Assembly: GCA_016865035.1 (NCBI GenBank)
Contig: CP018227.1
Location: 3,730,115-3,754,114 of the forward strand
Length of the DNA: 24,000 bases
Reading direction: 5' to 3'
Origin: Kordiimonadales bacterium IMCC3096
GTDB taxonomy: Bacteria; Pseudomonadota; Alphaproteobacteria; Minwuiales; Minwuiaceae
Shown here: positions 1-9,601 of the stretch, piece by piece
Numbering within the stretch: the first letter of the stretch is position 1
Layout of the letters: the number at the start of each line of letters is the position of its first letter
Translations under genes and position numbers: made by a program
The notes under the pieces: generated by a model
What the model saw: the letters and a program-made list of their open reading frames with translations, nothing else
Told to the model about the DNA's origin: nothing
The model's database searches: none

Positions 1-966
1 TTGCGGCTGCTGCTGCTCGTCGTCGTTCTGGGGGCCGGAACCGCTGCACTCTTTGCATGGAACTGGTGGCAGGGTGCTGACGCGCCCGGTCCGCTGACGC
101 AATCGCGGACCGTCGTGATTGAACGCGGCACGGGCCCCCGCGCAATCGCCGATACGCTGGTGCTGAACGGTGTCATTGAGGACCGGTTGCTGTTTCTCGC
201 CGTCCTCAGGGTGCGTGACCAGGGGACACGGCTGAAAGCGGGCGAGTTCGGCTTTGAAGCCGGTCAGAGCATGAATGCCGTCATCGAGCAGATCGTTGCC
301 GGACGCACGGTGGTCCGACGGCTGACACTGCCGGAGGGGCTGACCTCCGTCGAGGTCGCGGAACTTCTCAACGGAATCGAGGGCATGACCGGCAAGGCCC
401 ATGTGGCGCCGGAAGGCTCGATGCTGCCGGAGACCTATCATTTCCAGCTCGGTGATCCGCGACAGCAGATCATTCGGCGATCCCGGATCGCGATGCGTGA
501 TGCGCTGCAGGAGCTCTGGCCACAGCGGCAGAAGGACCTGCCGCTCGAAACACCGGAGGAGGCCGTCATCCTTGCCTCGATCGTGGAAAAGGAGACAGGC
601 GTTGCGTCGGAGCGCGCGCGCGTGGCTGCCGTCTTCATCAACAGGCTGCGCAAGGGCATGCGGCTGCAGTCGGACCCGACGGTGATCTACGCGGTCACCG
701 GGGGCAAGACGACGCTGGATCGGCCGATCTCCCGCGCCGACCTGAACCTCGAATCGCCTTACAACACATACAGGAACGGTGGTCTGCCGCCGGGACCGAT
801 TGCCAACCCCGGTCGGGCATCGATCGAAGCTGTACTTAACCCTGCTGATACCAATGACCTATACTTTGTCGCAGACGGTACAGGTGGCCACGCGTTTTCC
901 CGCACCCTCAAGGAGCACAACCGCAATGTCCGGCGCTGGCGAGAGCTCAGGCGACAGAACGACTGA
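1..966 (+). CDS. mltG: Endolytic murein transglycosylase MltG (YceG family); possibly 5'-truncated by the window edge
   Basis: The translation has an N-terminal hydrophobic anchor (LLLLVVVLGAGTAALFAW). It also has YceG/MltG hallmarks: LASIVEKETG, QSDPTVIY, YNTYRNGGLPPGPIANPG, LYFVADGTGGHAFS. The ORF starts on a TTG at base 1, so the true start may lie upstream. Confidence 0.85.
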   Translation: MRLLLLVVVLGAGTAALFAWNWWQGADAPGPLTQSRTVVIERGTGPRAIADTLVLNGVIEDRLLFLAVLRVRDQGTRLKAGEFGFEAGQSMNAVIEQIVAGRTVVRRLTLPEGLTSVEVAELLNGIEGMTGKAHVAPEGSMLPETYHFQLGDPRQQIIRRSRIAMRDALQELWPQRQKDLPLETPEEAVILASIVEKETGVASERARVAAVFINRLRKGMRLQSDPTVIYAVTGGKTTLDRPISRADLNLESPYNTYRNGGLPPGPIANPGRASIEAVLNPADTNDLYFVADGTGGHAFSRTLKEHNRNVRRWRELRRQND

Positions 967-3793
967 CGGCGGTATTGCTGATGCCGTGTCCGAACCTGCG
1001 GTTCGGGCCGGAGAGGAATCGCTGCTCAGGGCGCTGGACATGGTGGGCGAGGGCGCTGCCCTGTTCGATGCCGAGGACAGGCTGACGGCATTCAACCAGA
1101 CCTACAGGAACATGTGGGACGAGTTGTCGACACGTATCCATGTCGGCTGCACATACGCGGAACTGCTTGGCATGGCCTGGGATGGTGGCGTGGTGCCACT
1201 GGAAGTGCGGCTGGGCCGGGACGCGTGGATCGAATATGCCCTTGGCCAGCATCTGACATTCGACACCCCCTTTGATCGCCTGGCCCAGGACGGTCGCTGG
1301 GTGCGGTTCATGAACCAGGCGTTTGGCGACGGCATTCTGTCCATTGTTTCCGATGTGACAGCCGAGAAGAACGCCGCGCTGCAGGCCGAACAGCAGGAGA
1401 AGGCACTCAGGGATTTCGCTGCCGCGACGGCAGACTGGGTCTGGCAGCAGGATGCGGATCTCCGCTTCGTGACACCGGATGCCAGCGCGGGCATCGGTAT
1501 CGGGAGCTATGTCGCCAGCTTTCTCGGCAAGACCCGATGGGATGCGCTGGGCATCGATCCGGACGAGGATCCCAAGTGGCACGCGCATCGGGAAACCATG
1601 TGGCGGCATCAGGCGTTCCGGGATTTCCGTTATAGTTTCCTCGATCATGCCGGGGAAAAGCGGCATGTGCGGATCAGCGGCGTTCCGATGTTCGACAGGG
1701 ATGGCGGATTTGTCGGCTATCGCGGCACGGGCCTCGACGAGACGGCAATGATACGGGCCGACGAGCGGGCGCGGGCGGCCGAGCGGTACCTGAAGCTGGC
1801 GATCGAGAATACCGAGCAGGGCTACGCCATGTTCGATGAGAAGAACGAGCTGTCGATGTGGAATGCCTCGCTGGAGCAAATTCTGAAGGACAGTGGGATC
1901 CGCCTGGAGCACGGACTGTCACTGGACAGGCTGATCGCAGTCTACCGTTCCCCCGTGAACACGACCCCGGTGAACAATGTCCGGGAGGCGATGCGGACGC
2001 GCATTGATCCGACAGTGGATACCTCGGCGAGCTCCTTTCAGCAGAAGATTGGTGAACGCTGGTTCCAGATTCGGGAGCAGAGCACGCCGGAAGGGGCGAT
2101 GCTGATTATCTTGACGGACATTACGGGACAGCGGGCGCGCGAGGAGGAATTGCGCCATTCCCGCGATCATCTGGAGGAGCGGGTGCGGGCACGCACAGCC
2201 TCCCTGGCACTGGCCAAGGCCGAACTGGAAGAGGTGATCGAGAAGCGGGTGCTGGCTGAACGCCGTCTGAAGCAGAGCGAGCACCAGTTGCGACAGCTCG
2301 TCGAAGGATCGATCCAGGGCATCATCATTCACCGCGATCATCGCATCCTGTTCGCCAATCCCGCGTTCGTGGAGCTGTTCCGTTTGCCCTCCATGGAGGC
2401 AACACTCGCCCTGGAGGATATCAGTACCCTGATTGCCCCGGACGACAGGGAGCGGATCATGGCGATTGCCGATTCGCGCGTCAGGGGCGGCGAGCACCCG
2501 AACCGGTTCGAGATCAGGTTCATGCGTGCCGACGGTTCGGTCTTCTGGGGCGAGCAGTTCGTTTCCGTCACCGACTGGGAGGGAGAGCCTGCGCTGCAGG
2601 TCGCGATCATCGATATTGATGAGCGGATGCGGGCGGAGGATGAATATCGCAACATCTTCGAGCATGCGACCGAAGGCATCTATCGCTCCACCCCGGATGG
2701 CAGGCAGCTGCGCGCCAATCCGGCACTGGTTGCCCTGAACGGCTATGACAACGAGCCCGAGATGCTGGCGGCTGTCCGCGATATTTCTGCCGAATGGTAC
2801 GTGGAACCGGGGCGTCGTGACGAGTTCATCGAACTGATGGAGCGCGACGGGCGGGTGACGGATTTTGTCTCCGAGGTCTATCGCCATCGCAATCGGGAAC
2901 GCATCTGGATTTCGGAGAACGCGTTCGTGGTGCGGGATGCGCATGGTGAGACGCTTTACTATCAGGGCACCGTCCGTGACATCACCAGCCGGTTGCGGGT
3001 ACAGCGGGAACTGATCGCCGCCAAGGAGGAGGCCGAACGGGCCAATCAGGCGAAATCGCAGTTCCTCGCCAAGATGAGCCATGAGCTTCGGACACCGCTG
3101 AATGCGATCATCGGCTTCTCCGAGATATTCAAGACGCAGATCTTCGGGCCGCTCGGCAGTGATCGCTACCTGGGGTATGCGGATGACATCCTTTCCAGCG
3201 GTCGCCATCTGCTTGACCTGATCAATGACCTGCTGGACCTCGCCAAGGTCGAGGCCGGTGCGGTCGTGCTGCAGGAAGTCCCGATCGCCCTGGCAAGCAT
3301 CGTGGCGGAAGTGGTGGAACTGATGCAGCCGATCTCGAACAAGTCAGAGATCGCCATCGATGTCCGGGAAATGGAAGCCCTGCCGGTGATGAATGTCGAT
3401 CCACGCCTGGTGAAACAGATGCTGGTGAATCTGGTTTCCAACGGTCTGAAGTTCAATCAGGCGGGCGGCAGCGTGACCATTGAGGGCAATCGGAAGCCGG
3501 GTCACATCGGGATCACCGTGCATGACGACGGCATAGGTATTGCCAAGAAGGATCTGGAAACCGTGCTGAGGCCATTTGGTCAGATCGCGAACCAGATGGT
3601 GGCGGAGGAAAAGGGGACCGGCCTGGGCCTTCCCATCGTCAACTCCCTGGTGGAGCTGCACGGCGGATCACTTGAGGTCGTCAGCGAGAAGGGCAGGGGA
3701 ACGTCCGTCAGCCTGTGGTTCCCGGCCGAGCGGATCGTCGACCAGGGCACCCTGCCGCTTGCGGAGCTGCATGGCGCAGGAAAGACTGCCTGA
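926..3793 (+). CDS. Cytoplasmic multi-PAS sensor histidine kinase (about 5 PAS-like modules + HisKA + HATPase_c); no adjacent response regulator
   Basis: H-box SHELRTPLNAIIGFSE, N-box VNLVSNGLKFN, G1 HDDGIGI, G2 GTGLGLPIV. PAS-like segments include LFDAEDRLTAFNQTY, DWVWQQDADLRFV, YAMFDEKNELSMWN, GIIIHRDHRILFANPAF and GIYRSTPDGRQLRANPAL. A coiled-coil linker (EERVRARTASLALAKAELEE) is present and no TM segment is evident. I chose the ATG at 926, which overlaps the mltG 3' end by 41 nt. The track ORF start at 779 would read through mltG in another frame. The start is uncertain. Confidence 0.85.
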   Translation: MSGAGESSGDRTTDGGIADAVSEPAVRAGEESLLRALDMVGEGAALFDAEDRLTAFNQTYRNMWDELSTRIHVGCTYAELLGMAWDGGVVPLEVRLGRDAWIEYALGQHLTFDTPFDRLAQDGRWVRFMNQAFGDGILSIVSDVTAEKNAALQAEQQEKALRDFAAATADWVWQQDADLRFVTPDASAGIGIGSYVASFLGKTRWDALGIDPDEDPKWHAHRETMWRHQAFRDFRYSFLDHAGEKRHVRISGVPMFDRDGGFVGYRGTGLDETAMIRADERARAAERYLKLAIENTEQGYAMFDEKNELSMWNASLEQILKDSGIRLEHGLSLDRLIAVYRSPVNTTPVNNVREAMRTRIDPTVDTSASSFQQKIGERWFQIREQSTPEGAMLIILTDITGQRAREEELRHSRDHLEERVRARTASLALAKAELEEVIEKRVLAERRLKQSEHQLRQLVEGSIQGIIIHRDHRILFANPAFVELFRLPSMEATLALEDISTLIAPDDRERIMAIADSRVRGGEHPNRFEIRFMRADGSVFWGEQFVSVTDWEGEPALQVAIIDIDERMRAEDEYRNIFEHATEGIYRSTPDGRQLRANPALVALNGYDNEPEMLAAVRDISAEWYVEPGRRDEFIELMERDGRVTDFVSEVYRHRNRERIWISENAFVVRDAHGETLYYQGTVRDITSRLRVQRELIAAKEEAERANQAKSQFLAKMSHELRTPLNAIIGFSEIFKTQIFGPLGSDRYLGYADDILSSGRHLLDLINDLLDLAKVEAGAVVLQEVPIALASIVAEVVELMQPISNKSEIAIDVREMEALPVMNVDPRLVKQMLVNLVSNGLKFNQAGGSVTIEGNRKPGHIGITVHDDGIGIAKKDLETVLRPFGQIANQMVAEEKGTGLGLPIVNSLVELHGGSLEVVSEKGRGTSVSLWFPAERIVDQGTLPLAELHGAGKTA

Positions 3794-3823
3794 ATACCGA
3801 CCTGCGATTCGAAGGAAACCGAC

Positions 3824-4705
3824 ATGGCCATCACCAGCATGACCGGCTTCGCCCGCCGTGAAGGCGTTGCCGATTCCTGGAAGTGGGTGTGGGAAGCGCG
3901 CTCGGTCAACGGCAAGGGGCTGGATGTGCGCTACAGGCTGCCCTCTGGCTTCGACACGCCCGACTCCGACCTGAAGCGCAGGGCGCAGGCGCTGCTGTCC
4001 CGCGGCAATGTCAGCATTTCCCTGCATGTTGATCATGACAGGCCCACGGAAGGCAGTCTGACGATCAATCGCGACTGGCTGCAGTCATTGCATCAGGAAG
4101 CCGTCAGGCTTTCCGGTGACGCGCCGGTGGATATCGCAGGGTTGCTCGCCGTCCGCGGGGTTGTCGAGGTGGCGGAACAGCAGCCTGACGAGGACGAACT
4201 GGCGCAGCGCGACAAGGCAATCCTGGCGGATCATGACGGGGTGCTGGCCGACCTCGTGAAGGCGCGGCAGGATGAAGGCGCCAGGTTGCAGGCCATCATC
4301 GCCGGACTGGTTGACGAGATCGAGGCGCAGGTCGCGGAGGCCGCAACCGCAGAGGCGGCCCGCCCCGAACAGCGAGCTGTCCGGTTGCGCGCTGTCCTGC
4401 AGGAACTGCTGGATATGGATCCCCCCGCAACCGAGGAACGGCTGGCGCAGGAACTGGCTTTGCAGGCGACCCGTAGTGATATCCGGGAGGAACTGGACAG
4501 GCTCTCGGCCCATATCGCGCAGGCGCGTGACCTGCTGGTCTCAGGGGAGCCTGTCGGTCGACGGCTGGACTTCCTGTCCCAGGAATTCAATCGTGAGGCC
4601 AATACCCTTTGCTCCAAGTCGGGCGACGTGACCCTGACACGGGTGGGCATGGCCATGAAGGCCACGATCGATCGCCTGCGGGAGCAGGTCCAGAACGTCG
4701 AGTGA
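3824..4705 (+). CDS. yicC: YicC-family stress-induced protein (YicC/YloC endoribonuclease family)
   Basis: N-terminus MAITSMTGFARRE and C-terminal motif LDFLSQEFNREANTLCSKS are typical of the YicC family. GAAGGA lies about 8 nt upstream of the ATG. It sits immediately upstream of gmk, as in many bacteria. Confidence 0.85.
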   Translation: MAITSMTGFARREGVADSWKWVWEARSVNGKGLDVRYRLPSGFDTPDSDLKRRAQALLSRGNVSISLHVDHDRPTEGSLTINRDWLQSLHQEAVRLSGDAPVDIAGLLAVRGVVEVAEQQPDEDELAQRDKAILADHDGVLADLVKARQDEGARLQAIIAGLVDEIEAQVAEAATAEAARPEQRAVRLRAVLQELLDMDPPATEERLAQELALQATRSDIREELDRLSAHIAQARDLLVSGEPVGRRLDFLSQEFNREANTLCSKSGDVTLTRVGMAMKATIDRLREQVQNVE

Positions 4706-4719
4706 GTGAGGAGAGACGG

Positions 4720-5367
4720 ATGCCCGCAGGCATGTCACGCAAGGGACTGATGTTCGTGATTTCCTCGCCCTCCGGTGCAGGCAAGACGACCATTGCGCGG
4801 CAATTGCTGGAGCAGGAGCCGGAACTGTCGATGTCCGTCTCCATGACCACCCGCCCGCAACGCATGGGGGAAGAAGAGGGGCGCGACTATTTCTTTGTCG
4901 ATCAGGCCAGCTTTGATGCAACCGTCAGCGCGGGTGGCCTGCTGGAACATGCAACGGTCTTCGGCAACAGCTACGGCACCCCGGTTGCACCTGTCGATGC
5001 GGCACTGGCTGCGGGCAAGGACGTGCTGTTCGACGTGGACTGGCAGGGTGCACAGCAGATGCGCCAGCGGCGGAAGTCCGACATTGTCTCCGTCTTCATC
5101 CTGCCGCCGAGTGCGGAAGAACTGGAACGGCGACTGACCACGCGTGGCCGTGATCCGGATGATGTGGTCCGTCAGCGCATGGCCAAGGCCGCAACCGAGA
5201 TGAGCCACTACGCCGAGTATGACTATGTGGTGGTGAATGATGATGTCAGCCGCTGCCTGGGTGACGTACGTGCGATCCTGCATGCGGAGCGGGTGCGCAG
5301 CGACCGTCTGCCTGACCTCGCCGATTTCGTCGAGGGACTGAGCGGTGGCTATCCGCCCGCGACCTGA
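4720..5367 (+). CDS. gmk: Guanylate kinase
   Basis: P-loop [28 protein letters not shown] and GNSYGT motifs. The ATG at 4720 is preceded by GAGGAG. The track ORF start at 4609 is an extension overlapping yicC. Confidence 0.9.
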   Translation: MPAGMSRKGLMFVISSPSGAGKTTIARQLLEQEPELSMSVSMTTRPQRMGEEEGRDYFFVDQASFDATVSAGGLLEHATVFGNSYGTPVAPVDAALAAGKDVLFDVDWQGAQQMRQRRKSDIVSVFILPPSAEELERRLTTRGRDPDDVVRQRMAKAATEMSHYAEYDYVVVNDDVSRCLGDVRAILHAERVRSDRLPDLADFVEGLSGGYPPAT

Positions 5368-6188
5368 AGGTTCCGGGCCAGCGCGGCAAATTCCTCGATC
5401 GAAAGAGTCTCTGCCCGTCTGGTCGGATCGATGTCCGCACTGTCCAGCAGGGCACCCGTGTCTCCGCCCAGCGCCTTCAGGCTCTGGCGCAGCATCTTGC
5501 GGCGCTGGTTGAAGGCGGCGGCGACCACCCGTGACAGGGTGGCCATGTCGGCGTCGGCGCGCGGCTTCGGAAGGGGCAGAAGGTTGACCACTGCGGACGC
5601 GACCTTCGGCGGCGGCGTGAAGGCGCGGGCGGGCAGGTCCATGACGATGTGGCAGTCGGCGGCCCAGCCGCACATGACAGCGAGCCTGCCGTAGGCCTTG
5701 TCCCCGGGGCGGGCCACGATGCGCTCCGCCACTTCCCGCTGGAACATCAGGGTCAGGCCGGCGAAATGTTCAAGGTGCTCCAGCCAGCCGAACAGCAGCG
5801 GCGTGCCGACATTGTAGGGCAGGTTCGCGACCACGCGGGCGCCGGGTGCCAGTTGGGCGGTGGCATCGAAGTCGAGGGCGTCGCCTTCGATGATCTCCAG
5901 CCGACCGTCGCTGACGGCGCGGATCTCCTCCAGCGCCGCCAGGCAGCGCCGGTCCTTCTCCACGGCGACAACCCGGCGGGCACCGGCCGCCAGCAGACCC
6001 CGGGTCAGGCCGCCGGGACCGGGGCCAACCTCCAGAACGTCACAGTCGGTCAGGTCGCCGGCTTCCCGCGCGATACGGCCCGTCAGGTTGAGGTCGAGCA
6101 GGAAATGCTGCCCGAGGCCCTTGCGTGCTTCCAGTCCGTGCGTGCGGATCACGTCACGCAGGGGCGGCAGGTCATGCAGGCCGGTCAT
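5349..6188 (-). CDS. rsmA: 16S rRNA (adenine1518/1519-N6)-dimethyltransferase RsmA/KsgA
   Basis: [10 protein letters not shown] and the SAM-binding [12 protein letters not shown] motif, plus [11 protein letters not shown]. The ATG overlaps the pdxA stop (ATGA at 6185-6188). Confidence 0.9.
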   Translation of the reverse strand: MTGLHDLPPLRDVIRTHGLEARKGLGQHFLLDLNLTGRIAREAGDLTDCDVLEVGPGPGGLTRGLLAAGARRVVAVEKDRRCLAALEEIRAVSDGRLEIIEGDALDFDATAQLAPGARVVANLPYNVGTPLLFGWLEHLEHFAGLTLMFQREVAERIVARPGDKAYGRLAVMCGWAADCHIVMDLPARAFTPPPKVASAVVNLLPLPKPRADADMATLSRVVAAAFNQRRKMLRQSLKALGGDTGALLDSADIDPTRRAETLSIEEFAALARNLQVAGG

Positions 6189-7171
6189 GGCGCGGCACGC
6201 CGATCCGCGATCTCGCCAGCCAGCCGGATGGCCTGGATCAGGCTGTCGGCGCGGGCAATGCCCTTGCCTGCGATGTCGAAGGCCGTGCCGTGGTCGGGGG
6301 ATGTGCGCACGATGGGCAGCCCCAGGGTGACGTTCACGCCGAGGTCGAAATCCAATGTCTTGACCGGCACCAGTGCCTGATCGTGATACATGCAGATCGC
6401 CGCGTCATAGCGGGCGCGGGCGCTGGCATGGAACATGGTGTCTGCGGGCAGGGGGCCGACGACGTCATGGCCTTCCTGGCGCAACTGGTCGACGGCAGGG
6501 CGGATGATGGAGTCATCTTCCTGCCCAAGCGCCCCGCCTTCGCCTGCGTGCGGGTTCAGTCCTGCGAAGGCGACCCGGGGCGGCCGGCAGCCGAAGTCCT
6601 GTTCCAGGGCATTCAGAACGATGCGACCGACTGCGACCAGCCCGTCCGTGGAGAGTGCGGCGGGCACCGCAGACAGCGGCAGATGAATGGTCGCCGGCAC
6701 GACGCGCAGACTCGGCCCGGCAATCATCATCACGGGCAGGTCCGCGCCCGACAGCTCGGCGATGAACTCGGTATGCCCCGGATGCCGGAACCCGGCTTCA
6801 TAGAGCAGGGCCTTGTTGATCGGGTTGGTGACGATGCCGGATGCCTCGCCTGACATGCAGGCGGCGACGGCACGCTCGATACTCTCGACCACCAGTGGCG
6901 CATCCCTGCGGTCGGGACTGCCCGCACTGGCATTGACCGTGCCGGAGAGCGGAAGGACGGGCAGGGCGGAATCGAACCGAGCTGCGGCCTCCGCCGGACT
7001 GCCGATCTCGACAATCGGCACGTCACTGACCGCGCGCAGGAACCCGGGATCGCCGACCAGGGCAAAGGCCGGCAGGTTCTCCAGCCTGCGGGCCCGCCAT
7101 GCCGCCACGGTGATCTCGCCGCAGACCCCTGCGGGTTCACCCATGGACAGCAGCAGGGGGCGCGAAGCCAT
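6185..7171 (-). CDS. pdxA: 4-hydroxythreonine-4-phosphate dehydrogenase PdxA
   Basis: [22 protein letters not shown] and [16 protein letters not shown] motifs. The start is trimmed to the ATG at 7171 ([15 protein letters not shown]), 1 nt after the surA stop at 7173-7175. Confidence 0.9.
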   Translation of the reverse strand: MASRPLLLSMGEPAGVCGEITVAAWRARRLENLPAFALVGDPGFLRAVSDVPIVEIGSPAEAAARFDSALPVLPLSGTVNASAGSPDRRDAPLVVESIERAVAACMSGEASGIVTNPINKALLYEAGFRHPGHTEFIAELSGADLPVMMIAGPSLRVVPATIHLPLSAVPAALSTDGLVAVGRIVLNALEQDFGCRPPRVAFAGLNPHAGEGGALGQEDDSIIRPAVDQLRQEGHDVVGPLPADTMFHASARARYDAAICMYHDQALVPVKTLDFDLGVNVTLGLPIVRTSPDHGTAFDIAGKGIARADSLIQAIRLAGEIADRRAAP

Positions 7172-7172
7172 G

Positions 7173-8432
7173 TCAGCGCAGATCGATGATGGCGTCACGC
7201 CGCAGGTCACGCAGCGCACTGCGTGCCCGCTGGTTCAGCTTGGCCAGGATCAGGTTGTTACGGACCTGATTGCGGTCCGGCGCGGCATCAACGGGCTGGG
7301 AACGATTGCAGATCACCAGTACATGAAACCCGGCCGCTGTCCGCAGGGGTTCGCTGCTGTCCCCGACACTGAGCTTTGCGATGGCCTTGCCGAATTCGTC
7401 CGGCAGGTCCCCGATCTTCAGTGTGCCCAACTGGGCGGACTGGGCATTCTCGATCGTCTCGGCGACCTGATCGATACCTGCGCAACTGCGAATGCGGCTG
7501 CGGGCGGCCTCCGCGTCGGCCTGCGCGGCCGTTACTGCGGTCTCACTGGCCGCGCGGCCCAGCGGGATCAGCAATTGCGCCAGTTCGACCTCGATCGAAT
7601 CCACGGCTTCCTCACCCAGGATGCGACGTCCATCGACCGAGACGATCACGAACCCGAGCGGTGTCCTTATCGGATCGGATACCTGGCCGACGGACAGGTT
7701 GGCCAGGGCGGCGGCGATTTCCTCACTCAGCTGGGCCGGGCGTACCCATCCGACCGTGCCGCCATCTTCCGCATCCGCACCGACGGAAAACTGGCGGGCC
7801 AGAGCGGCGAAGTCGGCCCCGGAACGGATCTGCCTGACCAGCCGTTCGGCCGCCGCGCGGGCCTCCGGCTCATCCTGTGGCCGGTCGACACCCAGGATGA
7901 TCTCCCGGATATTGAAGACGGCCTGTCCACGACTGGCTTCCTGCTGGCGGATCGCCTCGTCGATTTCCTCATCCGAGACATCGACCGTGCGCAGCAGTCG
8001 TGCACTGACATACTGCTCCCAGGCGATACTCGCCAGGTACTGGCGGCGCAGGGTGGAAAGGTCGACGCCCGCACCCTGCAGCCGACTGGTGAGGCCGGTC
8101 ACGCTCAGATTGTTGCGCTCGGCGAGGCGGGCAATCTCTTCGTCGATCTGCTCGTTCGTGACCTCGACGCCGATCTTGCGCGCGGCCTGCATCTGCAGGC
8201 TTTCGTCAGTCAGGTTGCGCAGCACCTGTGATCGGATGCGGCGCCGGGTGTCCTGTGTTCGGGGCAGATTGGCGCTGACCACCACCAGATCAATGCGTTC
8301 CTCCAGATCAAAGGCGGAGATCACTTCGTCATTCACCACTGCGGCAATGCCGAACACCTGCTGGGCCCGTCCCGCGTCAGGATGGCCGGTCAGGATCAGC
8401 AGCCCGGTGAGGGCGATCAGGAAAGCGCGCAT
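7173..8432 (-). CDS. surA: Periplasmic chaperone / peptidyl-prolyl isomerase SurA
   Basis: Signal-peptide-like N-terminus MRAFLIALTGLLILTGHPDAGRAQ from the ATG at 8432, with GGAG 5 nt upstream. SurA N-domain (IAAVVNDEVISAFDLEERI) and parvulin-like segments (ADFAALARQFS...GGTVGWV, and a second degenerate one). It lies in the conserved surA-pdxA-rsmA position. Confidence 0.8.
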   Translation of the reverse strand: MRAFLIALTGLLILTGHPDAGRAQQVFGIAAVVNDEVISAFDLEERIDLVVVSANLPRTQDTRRRIRSQVLRNLTDESLQMQAARKIGVEVTNEQIDEEIARLAERNNLSVTGLTSRLQGAGVDLSTLRRQYLASIAWEQYVSARLLRTVDVSDEEIDEAIRQQEASRGQAVFNIREIILGVDRPQDEPEARAAAERLVRQIRSGADFAALARQFSVGADAEDGGTVGWVRPAQLSEEIAAALANLSVGQVSDPIRTPLGFVIVSVDGRRILGEEAVDSIEVELAQLLIPLGRAASETAVTAAQADAEAARSRIRSCAGIDQVAETIENAQSAQLGTLKIGDLPDEFGKAIAKLSVGDSSEPLRTAAGFHVLVICNRSQPVDAAPDRNQVRNNLILAKLNQRARSALRDLRRDAIIDLR

Positions 8433-8566
8433 GTCTGCTCCACAAAGCGTTCCGTGTGTAAGACATGCTCTACCGGATTGCCGGACGCATTCCAACCGGC
8501 TCCGCAACGCCGATGAATGAACGTCATGTTTCCGATGCTTCCCTGGGGGAGTCGGATCCGGGAAGA

Positions 8567-9481
8567 CTAGGCAAGCGGCCTGTCCTCCACGACATTCGGC
8601 AGCTCCTTGCGCAGGAACGCAGCCATTGCCTCCACCTGGGGCGGCACGCCCTGTCGGGAGGGCATGAGCAGGCTCAGTTCCGGAAGGCCGGCGGTCCAGT
8701 CCGGCAGCAGCCGACAGAGCTGCCCTGCGGCAACCTCCGCGCGGCAGACATAGTGTGGCAGGGCCACGATGCCGAGCCCTCCGGCCGCCGCCTGCTTCAG
8801 GGTCGCCATGTCGTCGCTGCGCAGGCGCACCTGGCAGGGAACGGATGCGGCTTTGCCTCCGGTGTCCTGCAGTGACCAGGAATCATTGTCAGGACGCCAG
8901 CCCAGGACCAGGGCCGCGCGGTCCTCCAGGTCCCGTGGCGTCTCGGGGGTTCCATGGCTTTCCAGATAGTCTGGTGAGGCAAAGAGATGCCATGGCACCA
9001 CCGCCAGCCGACGCTGGATCAGTCGGGAATCCGGCAGCAGCCCGACATGGCCCCGAATGGCAAGATCGACCCCGTCCCCGATCAGGTCGGTGAACGCGTT
9101 GGTTACCTGCTGACGCACCACGACCCTCGGGTTCTCGGCGAGGTAGCGGGGCAGGATGCTGCTGACGGCGAATTGCGCCACGCCGACCGAACAGGACAGG
9201 GTGACCGGACCCTCGAGGATGTCGTGCCTGCGCCGGACTGCCGCCTCTGCGGTGGCCATGCAGTCCAGTGCAGCGCTGGCGTGCTGAAGATAGGCCTTTC
9301 CCGCTTCGGTCAGGGAAAGCTGTCGCGAATTCCGGTGCAGCAGCCGCGTATCCAGTGTTTCCTCCAGTTGCCTGACATGGCGGCTGAGTCGTGACTTGGG
9401 AATGCCGAGTGCCCGGGAGGCGGCGGAGAATCCCTGCTTCTCGATGACTTTCACGAAATAAAAGGCGTGATTGAGGTTCAT
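8567..9481 (-). CDS. LysR-family transcriptional regulator
   Basis: The N-terminal HTH MNLNHAFYFVKVIEKQGFSAASRALGIPKSRLSRHVRQLEETL is a canonical LTTR, followed by a substrate-binding domain of about 200 aa. The start is trimmed to the ATG at 9481. It is divergent from the pirin gene. Confidence 0.85.
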   Translation of the reverse strand: MNLNHAFYFVKVIEKQGFSAASRALGIPKSRLSRHVRQLEETLDTRLLHRNSRQLSLTEAGKAYLQHASAALDCMATAEAAVRRRHDILEGPVTLSCSVGVAQFAVSSILPRYLAENPRVVVRQQVTNAFTDLIGDGVDLAIRGHVGLLPDSRLIQRRLAVVPWHLFASPDYLESHGTPETPRDLEDRAALVLGWRPDNDSWSLQDTGGKAASVPCQVRLRSDDMATLKQAAAGGLGIVALPHYVCRAEVAAGQLCRLLPDWTAGLPELSLLMPSRQGVPPQVEAMAAFLRKELPNVVEDRPLA

Positions 9482-9509
9482 GCGCGGCGGTCCATCTGGT
9501 GTCACAGGC

Positions 9510-9525
9510 GTTCTATTTTTGGAAC
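9510..9525. promoter_or_regulatory. Candidate LTTR operator (dyad GTTC-N8-GAAC containing T-N11-A) in the AT-rich lysR/pirin divergent promoter region
   Basis: GTTCTATTTTTGGAAC read directly from the sequence. It lies in the only markedly AT-rich stretch (9482-9601) between the divergent lysR and pirin start codons. Its function is inferred only from the general LTTR box consensus. Confidence 0.3.
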
Positions 9526-9601
9526 GAAATGTCCTGATTTCAACGGATTTCTCTCTAACTGTCCCGACATTAGGTTCGTTTCCATCCAATAGGAGGCAAG
9601 C

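Noticed and set aside
947-3208. Long antisense ORFs 947..1912(-) and 1919..3208(-), 321 and 429 aa, opposite the histidine kinase
   Set aside because: The translations are Arg/Pro/Gly/Leu-rich with no recognisable motifs. They lie exactly opposite a gene with clear HisKA, HATPase and PAS motifs. This is the typical stop-codon-poor shadow frame of GC-rich DNA.
4735-8520. Antisense or out-of-frame ORFs 4735..5673(-), 5649..6380(+), 6125..6853(+), 6813..8231(+) and 7492..8520(+)
   Set aside because: Each overlaps gmk, rsmA, pdxA or surA, all of which carry diagnostic motifs. The shadow translations are low-complexity (runs of R, A, G, P, S) with no RBS-supported starts.
8538-8565. Hairpin CTTCCC...GGGAAG just downstream of the lysR stop, as a terminator protecting the surA promoter
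   Set aside because: The stem is only 6 bp and perfect pairing does not extend beyond it. There is no U-tract on the - strand. This is too weak to call.
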